A DNA stretch of 64,000 nt from Chrysomallon squamiferum (taxonomy: Eukaryota > Animalia > Mollusca), in assembly GCA_012295275.1 (NCBI GenBank), contig CM022670.1, forward strand, positions 17,360,001 through 17,424,000. Reading direction: 5' to 3'. Shown in pieces: positions 27,153 through 39,815 of the stretch (the stretch's first letter is position 1; each line of letters begins with the position of its first letter). Both the position numbers and the translations under genes were made by a program. Below the pieces are notes generated by a model that worked only from the letters and a program-made list of their open reading frames with translations, made no database searches and was not told the origin of the DNA.

Positions 27153-30100
27153 AAAACAAAACTGAAACAAATATTTTATAATTGTGATAACAAAAGAGTT
27201 TCTAAATTTAAACATTTAATAAAAAAGAAAAAAATTGTTGTATATTACAGATAGCTTTAAAACTTTATTGACAATGTAAAAAGATATCTACAAAGAGGAT
27301 ACATATGCCAACAGTTCAGTGTTGGTGGGTGGTGCGCTGTCAACACATCTCATATTGAATATTGTTTCTTGGACAATATAAGTTTCATCACAGCCCGGCA
27401 AGACAAGCAATGGCCAAAAATGTATTGATTGAAGTCTAGACTAATATTTGTGAGTTTGGCAGCTACATTCCATTCTGAGATGATTCTAATAAATGCATCA
27501 TCGTGACCTGCACCTCATGTTGCGACAAGTACCAGCATTAATTGAATATCCTCTCTGTATAATTGTATTTACCGTGATGGCCAAGGTTTCTCTTGGGGCA
27601 TTCTGTAAAGCCATGACATTAATTCAGTCTTCTGGGAGAAACAAAGTTCCATCATACGACTTTCCTACACTGCAAAGTTTCTTAACAATTTAATAATGCA
27701 CAAATATGACTGCTTTTAGGCACATGCATTTAAAAAGCGGGCAAATCTGAATTCCTAAAGGAATTCCATTTGATGACTGACAAAAAGCCCTGATTATTTC
27801 TAATGTGTTTGTTAAATGGCAAACAGTTCAAGATATAGTTTATTCATCCATGTGTATGTGTATTTAATTTTTGTGTATGTCTTTTCAATGTATATTTATT
27901 AGTTTATATTTCCATAAATGTGTATATGTTTATGGAAGTGTGTGTATTTGTCTGTCTGTCTGTATGATTAAATGTTCTTACATATATGTGAATGCTGTTA
28001 TGTTATTTAAGGTGCATATGCAGGGTGTTAAGACAAATGTAGTGATAGCACTTTGAAACATTTCATCACGTATGTTCACTAAACAGTGAAAAACACTTAA
28101 GACTCTCAATCTTTTCTTTAATGAATAAATTAAAATTAATTGAATATTTCAGAGGTGATGATCTCATGCAATTTGAGAAACAATCCTCAACCACTAATCT
28201 CTCTGTACACTGATTAAATCAGAACTGATGCTAAACTAAAAAGTTTTACACTTGGTGAGCTGATGTAGTTTTGAAGAAGTTCAATTGAAGAAGATCCACT
28301 TGCGTTCATTAAGATTCTCTGACTCATGCTAACACAGAATTCTATTAGCAACAACGCACAGTGGTTAGTGTTTGAAAAAAGAAAATCACAATTAATGAGT
28401 TGATAATCAAATAAACAATCCGTGAGTCTTCTGTCACTAACTCCACTTTAATTGTGCTAAAATGCAATCTGCTTGTGAAGCTGCCACCAAGTTAAAAATT
28501 ACACTGATACCCACTTCAGATCAATTTGAAGTCTATCTGATTTAATTCTCACATTCACGATTTTTATAGGATTCTTTTTTTTTTTTCTAGTTCAGAGCTT
28601 TCTTCTTTTCTTTTCTCTGAAATTGTTTCCAGTATAGAAAACAAAATTTCTTATCATTAATGCTTCTATTTTAGAATATTCCTTTTATTAAAAGTTACTG
28701 TTGTGCATGCATGAGTTTGTGTATGTGATGTCTGTATCATGTGTGATTGTGTGTGTGTGAGTGAGTATATGATTGTCTGTGTGTGTGTGTACATGTGATA
28801 GTGTGTGTGTGTGTGTGTGTGGTGTGTGATTGTGTATGTGTGTGTGTGTGTGTCTGTGTATGAGATTAACACATATACATAATACTGGCATGATCATAAG
28901 ATTCCTTGATGTGTTTACACATTCAAACAAGTTTGTTGAAATATTAATTTTTGACTGATAAAAGAATGTTTGCAGCTTTTAGAACAAACTAAACATTATA
29001 TCAGAAACTAATATTTGTCAGTGCTCATTATCCAAATGTCTTGTTATTGTTAATGACTCATCATATACTCAAGCCATGAAAAGCAAAGCAAAAAACTTTT
29101 CTTTTATTAAAATTATGAACAAGAAAACACTCTAATGAAGCAAACAAAATATTAATTAAACTGTGGATTTACTGAAGAATTTATTTTGATATACTGAAAT
29201 AAAATTATTGGATTAAGATCATCTCTGGTTTAAGATAAATATAGAATCTTAAACAGTATTTAATAAGATAATTTGACATTAATTTTAAAGCCAAAAATTC
29301 ACTATTAAAAAATATATATATATTTAATAGTTTTCTGCTTTTAAAGCACAGAATGTCTGATTGTGTACAAAAAGAAAAGTTCTAAATTAATCTTATAATG
29401 TATTTACTTTTGCATTAACACCTAACAGCAGATGTTTTTATGCTGCAGTGTCATTAAACATTCATTCATTCATTCATTCATTCATTCATTCAAACCTTAC
29501 AAAGAGAACAAAGAAGAACAGATATTGTTGTAAACAGCAAGTGTTAAGATACACACACACAAAAACTGGTGGAAGTAATACTAACTATATGTCTAGAAGC
29601 AGCGAAGTTCTATTCTCCCAAGTAATTCTGGTAATGGTCAAACGATATTGTACTTTGAGTGAAATTTCTCCGAGGTTCTCAGTCAGCATATTAAAGAGAT
29701 TACAGCTAGTAAGAGGAACAAATATCAGTTGCTACAGCAGTGTTCTCATAATGAAGTTATGTTGTTGAGGTTAAATCAAACCACCTCAATTATTGCTCTG
29801 AGATTGTCATCATCTGCTCATTAGTCTGACACAGAATAACTTGTAACCCTGCAGGCCCAAAAATCATGTTAATCAATGAATATCTGGCATGGAAAATTCA
29901 ATAATGGTTTTGTGCAATCCACACATATCCTGTATTAATAACCTCAACATGCAAACAGATACAGTCTTCTTTAAGCAAGACTCATTATTACATTTCTATT
30001 GTAAACATATCTGTGGTGACTAATGGTATCAAGATTAATTCTGGTATCTAAACTGATATGCCATATAATTTTATATCATGCATCATTAAATGTTATCTTT

Positions 30101-31291
30101 AATACATGATTTATATTTTATTCAATGTTAACCAATAATTAATTATTTCTGTCTTGTTAGCCATTTCTTAAAATTGTAAATGATAAGATATAATGTTATA
30201 ATAAAAAAAAAACTATAAAAAAATAAATAAATAAATAAATAAATTGTAAAGACTATCAGAGAAATTTATACTTAATGAAAGCATCATTACTGTATTCATT
30301 ACAGAAATAATGAACAGAATGTGTTTAATAGATAACTAAACTCAATCACATTAGTACTAAAATGAATATACATAATGAATAAATTGAGTTAATCTAAAGA
30401 GATTCATCTCATGTGCCAAACTAAATCTGCTTCATAACAAAAGCTAAACTGATTTTTGTACATCACGGCAGTTTCACAGACAAATCTTTACTCTGCATGA
30501 GTTATTTATCAACCCAGAATTCATATATTCTCCGTAACATGAAGATAAATAAATAACGGTTTCCAAAATGAAATTATTCAGTGTCAAAGAGAAAACTATT
30601 ACTTGTATGAATAATAAATTATCTTCTGAGCACAGAAGAGGTTTTTTTTCACAGAGAGAGAAATGTGTACACAGTTCAGTTTGTCACAGAGAGAGAGAGA
30701 CACCACAGCTGAATGAAACAGACTCGACACACATTTTCTTTTCTGTACCCATCAGAATGTAGTTTCTCCTGCTTCGTGATTTATAAATGTGTGGCAGAAA
30801 TAATTATGTCCTTAAAAATTCACATAGATGCCAAAGATTTAATCTGAGGAAAGTTTAAAAAACAATTACTAAAACACTAATTTTGTGTCAAGCTAAACAT
30901 TTTTTCACCAGATGGGCATGAAACATCTGTGAAAGAAAATTCCATATTCAGAATGAAAAAATAAAACAAAAATAATATTAAAAAAATAATAATAATAAAT
31001 GAGTAAAATAAAAACAAGCTATTTTAAATTATTAGACTCTTTCAAATAAAATTAATGTCTGTATTTTTATTCTGTCATTTATCAACAGTCAGACTTTTGT
31101 ATTTAATGTGGAATTTCTGAAGAAATATGTATCTCTATCTGTCAATATGTGTGTTTTTCCAAACTACAGAAAATTTCTACAGTTTCTAGTAAAACTCCAT
31201 TCTTTTGTTCTGCATTTGTCTCTCATGTTTCCAGGTTTTTGTTTTTTTAATCATCTTTTAACCATTTTAAAGCCAACAAAAACTATTATCC

Positions 31292-31385
31292 ATCAGTCCA
31301 ACCTTATTTAATATTAGTCCAACCTTACTTTGTGTCAGCCAAATCTTATTTCATATTAGTCCAACCATACAGAATATTAGTCCAC
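31292..31385. repeat. 21-bp minisatellite
   Basis: A TAGTCCAACC anchor recurs every 21 bp, about 5 copies. Confidence 0.75.
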
Positions 31386-32444
31386 AAAAGTCTATGACCA
31401 AACTAACAGCTAAAATCTAGTTATTGATATTTTATCAAAAGAATTCAGGCACATTTCTTCTGTACTTAATGAACACAAATGCCAGGCATTATTGGAAACA
31501 GAATTATCACTTTAGCCAAGAAGCAATTTACAACTAAAATACTAGGACATTATTCTTACTGTGATGTTTTTGCTAGTACTAGAAGCAGTCAAATAAAATG
31601 GGACAGTTATTCACCTCAGTCAAATGTAGTCATTATATTTAAGTGTCAGACACAACAAGTAGACTGGTTTACAGTCACTAGTAAAATGAATGGTTCATTG
31701 TCTTTCAAATATATTAATATTACTTAGTTCAACTGTTAGAAGGATTAAAGTCATTTAAATTTTAAGATTTTAGTTGTTAATGAACAAAAATGGAACATCT
31801 GTCCCAGCAAATATGATTTTAATGACTATGATTAAACATATTGTTAGGTTCCAGTCAAAATTCTGGTGTGAGGAATGTGAAGGAGGAAATTCTGTGACAA
31901 AGCCAATGGCTAACAATCAGACAAGAACATACTGATGTCTTTGAAAAACCAGTTTTCTGAGACTGACTGGAGTAGCTCACTGTGAAAAGAATCCATCAGT
32001 GAGAACAGATTCTCTAATGAACCATGTCACAGACAAATCTGCTGTTGGGTGGAAAAATGGAATTTAATATTTTCCTTTCTCATTGTACATATGTATATGT
32101 GTGGACATGTGACAGTGTATGTTCTTTTATTTTATGACTTATCAGTTGTAATATTTGACAAATCAGAGGTTCTGTCATTACAATCATCAATTTTGATGAT
32201 ACTCTCCCAATGCTATTAAACTGCTGCACTGTAATCACTCTGTTCTCACTTTCTTTCAGCAACAAATCTATCCCTGCAGTGTCAATAACTACGTCTTGGG
32301 AAATTAATGTCCAGTAAGTCGAAAAAAGAACCAGAAATCACTAGATCAAATATAAACACTTTCAAACCAGATTTATTATCAAAACTGGAACATAAAAAAT
32401 TTAAATCGGGTTTTCTTTATCTGTAACATATTTAAAACAAAAGA

Positions 32445-32625
32445 TGGGCTCTATGTGTATAATTTAATACTTGACTAGAAGTGTAGTAGGTGATAAGATC
32501 AAATCTCTCCAGAATCCCACTGATCTATTTGCTATTCCAACCATTTAACCATGATGGATATATCAAAGGCCTTTTCTGTTTACAGGAAAGTATATGTAAC
32601 ATATTATTTCTTGCTGACCTATGAA
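32445..32625 (+). mobile_element. Old, degenerate SINE relic (Nin/Deu-domain-like)
   Basis: CTATTTGCTATTCCAACCA...CCATGATGGATATATCAAAGGCC...CTGTTTACAGGAAAGTATATGTAA...CTTGCTG resembles the Nin-domain SINE core as I recall it (gctatttctcgttccagccagtg..cacgactggtatatcaaaggccgtgg...gtgcatataaaagatcccttgctg). Recognition is from memory only. Confidence 0.45.
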
Positions 32626-32967
32626 CAGCAGATGCAGTTGTATCTTTTTAATATGTAACACAATCATTTCTTACAGTGTTAAATATTTATCTTATCAAAA
32701 TGACATGACTACTGTTTAACTCTTTGCTTGCCACTGGTTGAAAATGTCACCTGATGTTATGTCTTTGATGAAGGAAGGAACATTCATTCAATATTTGCAT
32801 TAAAACAAAATTCAGATGGTGTGACAATATCAACCAAGTTGTCCTCATTTTATATAAAGACAAAACTGATAAAAAAAAAAAAACCCTTTAAATATTAATA
32901 GCAGATGTTTTATTGTAACCTACCAGATTCTTTTTAATTTTTTTCAGATATTTTTTTCAAATGCCAT

Positions 32968-32998
<31 letters not shown>

Positions 32999-33008
32999 AG
33001 ATATAGAT

Positions 33009-33047
<39 letters not shown>
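32968..33047. repeat. (TA)n-(ATATAG)n-(ATAG)n compound microsatellite
   Basis: Read directly. Confidence 0.95.
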
Positions 33048-33048
<1 letters not shown>

Positions 33049-33479
33049 ATGATATAAAGACAATTCTTCATTAAATTTTTGGTATTTTTAAATATAAACT
33101 TTTCTCCACTCTTTATCATATTTTTATTTATTTATTTATTTATTTATTCACAAAATTTGGTAACCAAATAAGCAATTAGACAACAATTTTTTAATTTGTT
33201 ACAATTGGTAATAAGTAGTTGCATATTTACTTTATGAGGATGTAAGGAAGTGATTTTCGTAAACAAACATTTTCTACAACTCCTGGCACACATTAAAACT
33301 TCATTTAAACTTCATCCATTTGAAAAAAAGGAGAATTCTTACAATTACGCTGTTACTTAAAATATGCTCAACCATAAACATAAACACAACTTCAGCTTAA
33401 GAAAGATATTAACATTAAGAAATTCCAACTGTCTAAAATCACTTATATGATGAATTTACAGATGTCCTGCAGTATGCTA

Positions 33480-33880
33480 AACACATTTCCCTCCCAGTTG
33501 TGGGTGGCGGTATTTTCTTGGCACCCGTCTCTTTTAAGGCTGTCTATTGCTTAATGAAGTTTTGATGCTTGCAGCTGCAAACTGACGAAATGAGATTTTT
33601 TTTTTCTCTCCCCCTGGCAAACCTTTTATCTTTCTAGGCTGTACTGAGAATCATTTAAAAAAGTGCTTGCGGAAAAATGAATTTCCAGTGCCAGGCTGCC
33701 TGTATTTCTGATTGGGCTGTGTTCACTGGTTCCCGACTAGCTGGAACTGAACTTAATGGGCTGGAAAAGTGGGAGATGGGATAAAGGAAGTCGGAGGTTT
33801 TGAGTAGAAGACGGATATCAGATGTGACATGTAATAGCGACCTGCAAGCGACACTGTTTGCAACCAATAAACTGCTTCCT
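33480..33880. promoter_or_regulatory. Promoter/enhancer-like island
   Basis: GC/CpG-richer block with GGGTGGCGG (33502), ATTGG (33711), GGAAGT (33786) and CCAAT (33864). Confidence 0.35.
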
Positions 33881-34214
33881 TACTTGTCAGTAAAATACAA
33901 ATAAACAACACATTCAGATATAATCAGAAAAAAACCAACAACAAGTAAAATGCAATATGCAGATGGAGTGTTTTAGTACTGACAGTTTTTTAGTTATTTT
34001 ATTAATTCCTATAACAGAACGGATTTCCTTATTGTTTTATAAATCAAGACTTATGGTATTAACAAATGCAGAAAGAGCACGTGTTTGTGTGGGTATGAGA
34101 GAGAGAGAGTGTGTGTGTGCAGGAGAGAAAGAGACTGAATGTGTATGTGAGTCTGAGAGTGTGTGTATATGTATGTGTGTAAAAGATAGAGAGTGTTTGT
34201 GTGTATGGGGAAAG

Positions 34215-34316
<102 letters not shown>

Positions 34317-34403
34317 TGTGTATGCTAGTATATCCTGCTATTAATGGCATCACTACATTCTACACACTAAGCTACAACTATGTGTACAAAAATAAACATT
34401 TAC

Positions 34404-37400
34404 TTGTGAGTTGTCTGCTCTTGGGCTTGGTGGGCCCAGTGAGTGAAGATGGCCACAGATCCTGACAGCAGGTCACCCTGACCTCCACATCTCCTCATAC
34501 TGCCTTCTTCACAACACACTAAAACTAAAATAAAGAAAACTATATAGTCAAATAATAACAAAATACTAATATTATGTTTTATAAATCAAATTTATCACAT
34601 TGTAATAAATTGTTTCAGTAAGTCAAAAATTATTTACTGTCCCCAAACATTAGTAACAATAGATTATGAAGGTAAAGAGGGTGGGGGTTTGTCAGTTTTG
34701 TAGGGTTTTTCCACAACTAAATTATTTGTTAACAAAATCTTTTAATCAGTGAAGATAGGGAAATTAATTAAAAACCAGCAAATTTAAAAAAAAAAAATAA
34801 AAAAAAAAAAAATAAATAAAAAAAAATAAAACTAAGGATGAAAATTACATATTTCTTAAGGAGATTATGCTTTAAAAGAAAAGTTGACATCCATTCGCTG
34901 AACTCATATCGGTTATATAATCATTTTATTTAAATCAATTTGATAAAATGGCTTGATTTCAATGAATTAAAAAGAACATATTCAAATCAATGTTAGATTA
35001 CTGTGATTTTGTTTGCTATAATTTAAAAGTTGTGCCAGAACAGTTTTAAGTTAATTCAACCATGTCTTTACACAGTGAGAAAACCCTTTCAATAATAAAA
35101 CCATTTATATTAATTAAATTCATAGTAGTGAATATAGTACAAAAACAAATATAGTACATTAAAAACATATCTGACATTTAATAATAAAATGTGTTACAGA
35201 AATACCAAAAAAACAATATTATTCATGACTGTATCAAAATAGGGGACTCATCCTTTCAAATGAGTTTGCACTGCTACTTCTTCTTCTTAGTAGTCATCAA
35301 TATTTAAAATTCTCTTTAGTCAAAAATACTGTGTAATGTGGTACTTGGAATGGTGACACAAAGAAATACTTTTTTTTTTTATAATGTTGAAATTATATAT
35401 TTTCATAACTGCAATTCATAATCCATTTATCCATCAATTTATTTAAGTTAGCAATTTAGAACAGTTTAAATATATGACATGATACTGTTGAATATAGTTT
35501 TTGACAGACATCTTGGAATTATGCAACTTAGGAAGAAATATATATGTTTTTCAGCTTTGCATTATATTTGTTATTGAATAAGCATGCTTTAAATCTATTC
35601 TCTGCCATACATTTTTTAATATATCTGCCCCTCTATAGAACAAAATGAGGATAAAAACGTGATAAAAAAAAATCACTGTACTGTTGATTGATGCATTGAA
35701 ATTTGTCACCATGCAAAAAATTATGTGAAATTAGACATAAAAAAGAAAAGGATCCAGTTATGATGTTTCACTTTTTTTTTTTTTTTTTTAAAAATAAAAG
35801 CTTCCCTTCATTTCTAGAAGTGAACATAATGCTCAGCAATATTTTATTTTAATTTATTATTTTGAGAGCACACAAACACACACACACACACACACACACA
35901 ACACACAACACACATCATTTATCTTTGACAAGAATAAGACAAATAACAGATACTTAACAGAGAAGAAAATATAAAAGTTTTCTCTTACCATTCTTGCCAT
36001 CGGATATTATGTCGTTTTCACCTTTGTGACAAATGGTCACATTTCCAAGTTTCTCACACAGACACTTCACATCACTCTGTAATCCATCAGCTGAGGGCTT
36101 TTCACCAAACTGGAAATCAAAAAGTATTTAAAAAGTTAAACATTTTCTTTTAACAGTCAACTGAATTTTATTTGCAAAGAGTTACTGACTAATATCCAGT
36201 AATATCAGTTTCTATCTTAAACATAAACATGCTATTTTATTTAAACTGATATCTATACTCATACATACATACATACATACATACATACATACATACATAC
36301 ATACATTCAGCCATTAATTTGCTGCATGCAAGTGGAATTTGTCATTTTGATGAATATTCTATTAACATTGACAAAGACAAATTTTGTGACAGTTTTGGAA
36401 CTAAATACATCATTAGACTTCATTTTTTATTTTATATTCAAGTTAATATATTTGTATATATAAAATTTTGGCAAAAGACAGAACTTTGTTACAAACAGAT
36501 TATGTATTCAAAATAAGCAGATCTGTTTAAAAGGGAGACAACTTACCATTTTTTCATAGAGACGTATGAACTCTATTTTGTTTGGTGTAAGAATGGCTCT
36601 TGTATAACCCTCTATAATTTCAGGCTTTTCAGTGATCAGAAAAAGTCCATCCTTGAAGAGAAATATCAACATTGAAGTCTTGGCTTTCAAAATATTCCAG
36701 AAATGAATTATATACTTGTTATACCTAAAGAATTATTAGGTTACGCTTAATGTTGTTTCAATATAACTACATTTGTTATGTCACAGATAGTGTATGTAAG
36801 TAGCCATATTTGTTTATAATAAATAATTTGGAATTTAGTTTTTAATTGATATAAAACAATGATTATTATTCCTGACCATTTAGTATTGTCATTTTCCAAG
36901 TTTTTTTAAATTTGTTGTAGACAGACCAAAATCAGTTATTACGTGATCCTATTTGCAATTGTTTTAGATTTTTTAACAATAAATGTTTTCTTACAAACCG
37001 AGTCTATGATATGACAAACATACATTATTAATATCAAGTGATAAATAATATTTATAAATAAATAATAAAAGATAATGACAGCATTTCAGTTTTACTAAAG
37101 AAAAAGTTCTACACAAACTGAGTCTACAATATGACAAATATGTTTTATTAATATATATTTGATATAAATAATATCGATAAACTCACTGCATCTATCACAA
37201 GAGGCAAATTCTTCTTTCTTATTTGTTTTATTATATTCTGAAATAAATAAATAGTTCATTTAGCATCATATCAAATAAATAACAGTCAATCAAGAAAAAG
37301 CTAAATACTTAAAAAAACAAAACAAGGTTATATGAATTTTATAATGTATGACAAACATTCATGTTGATATCTCTCATGCATATTTTTAACAAAACTGCAT

Positions 37401-39737
37401 TAAATTAAAAAAATGTAATAAACAGTTTTAAAATTAATGCAAAAGAGGATTCATGTACCATAATAAAATTAATATCACACTGAAGATTGATTGATATCAT
37501 ACATTACACACACACACACACATAAATACAAACATATACTGTTGGAAATAAACACACAATCACACACACATAAACACACACATATACACAGAAACACACA
37601 CTGTTCGAAATATATAGAGATCTCAGAAATGATACAGTACTACCATTTCAAGCACTGCCATCATTTAAACATTAATGAAGTGAAGTGAAGTGAAAAAAAT
37701 TAATGTGCTAATCAGAGCAAGCTGTTGTTAATCACGTCTACAATGGGCACGCTTTCTGACAGGTCAGTGGGTGTGTCCATTGCAGATACATTAATGTTGT
37801 TATGTTTTAATATCAGACTTACAGCGACGTTATTCATAATGGTGTCATCTCTGCCCAGACCAGGCCCCACTACCAGAGAATGAAGTCTTGGCAACCAATT
37901 CTCAAAATCACTTGCACTATTATCACTATTCAAAAGAAACAAACATAACAATAATAATAATAATAAAAATAATAATAAAATAAAATAAAATAAAATAAAT
38001 AACAAAAATCCATGTGCATTATTTTTAAAATTATTAAATATAAATAAAGTATGTGCATTTCCAAAACAGATACATCTGTGTCTGTGTGTTGATGTGTAAG
38101 ATATCAAAATGTTACATGCAATATAAGGTAATCTTTTAAATAATGATGTATACTCTCAAAAGAGCAGCAAATGAAAGGTTTATCCTTGTATAGTTTGCAT
38201 CTCATCTTATAAAGCACTCTAAAGAATTTTACTTGTATTTTTATAAAACATCAACAATTTTTTTTAACTGCATGGAAGAAAATGTTATTCATATTGTTAC
38301 AATTGACAGTTATTAAAAATATTATTACTCCAGTAAAAAATTCAATCTTGACTCATTGTGACTAACTTTTAGCTGTGATATCGTACAAAAGTATTTATGC
38401 AGCTGTAAGTATCTTAATGCTAACTAACTCGGGTAAATCTTTTCTGATTTTTGACAGATACAACTGAACAGGTCTGTATGTTCAAAGGGTACTTGAGATG
38501 TGAAACAACATTAGTTAACAAGAGACTCTTGAATAGTATTAAAAATATAAGAATAAAATAAATTAAAATAAAAAATAACATTTAAAAAAGAAAATGAAAA
38601 ATGACTCAATATATATATATATATATAAAAAAATAAAAAATAAATAACATTTTTTAAAAAAATGAAAACAGAGTACTGCTTACAGTATGGGATGGACAAT
38701 CAACTCAGGACTGTAAGACTTTATAACAGTCGAAGCTTCTGAACAACAAAACACATGACTCAAGTCTGCACCCTGTAAAATAAACAAATTATTATAATTA
38801 TGTAATTTAGTAAACACAATTTTCTTTTATTCTTTGAGAAAACATAAAATGCAATATCGTAAATATACAGACAACAATCATTATAATGCAAATTATTTCT
38901 GAAGATTTTTATTATTAATATTAATTCATCAACATTTTTTTTCTGAACTTACCACTTTCAATGCTGATATTGCTGCAAAGTATGGTGCACCCGTGTATCT
39001 GAAAAATCAAAATAAAAAGATACAAAACATTCTGAAAAATATATGTTTATAAAACCTGTGAGTAATAAAATTATACATCACACTGTGGGAGCAAATAATT
39101 TCTCCCTAGAGTACTAAAATTAATACTGCTGATATTTTTAGCCATAAGATATAAAGTCCATACATTCTTTTAAATTCTGTACAGCCATTTACATGCATAC
39201 AACTGAAACAGTGTATACAGATACAAGACTCTTTATCCATTTTTGAAAAAAAATCACTTGTCAGAAAACCAGCTTTTTTTCTTCTTTTTTTTTAACTGGG
39301 ACACTTTATTTAAATATATATAAATAAAGCCAACTGTTCATAAATAATTGAAAATAACAGGAAATCTACTAACTCCTTCGATCCACCCACCACACCAATT
39401 CTTCCAGCTTGACCCTTGTAATGGCTAGTGGTAAGTGGAGGAATAACTGATCTAACCATTTGTAACAACTTTCCATCATTGCTTGCTTGCAGGTGGTAAC
39501 ATCCTCTGTTACCTGGAATATCAAAAAAAAAAAAAACCCAGGTAACTCTCACAAAATAAAAATGTTGTCTGTGTGTGTGTGTGTCTATTTTAACATATTA
39601 TTGCAAGCAAATAATTGTAACAATTTAGAGCTTTGCTTAATTAATATGCATATTGACTATACAAAAAGTCCTACACTGACAATGATACCAAATTCAAGTA
39701 TTACTTACAAAAATAAATAAATAAAAATAAATAAATA

Positions 39738-39815
<78 letters not shown>

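Noticed and set aside
33655-33871. ORF (N)LLVANSVACRSLL...KTSDFLYPI as the missing NAXD last exon; it is in frame if the AG at 33873-33872 is used
   Set aside because: The LLVA..AC and TSD resemblance is superficial: the spacing is wrong, the AFxKxGRS motif is absent, and the acceptor is purine-rich with several upstream AGs. Not fully excluded without RNA-seq.
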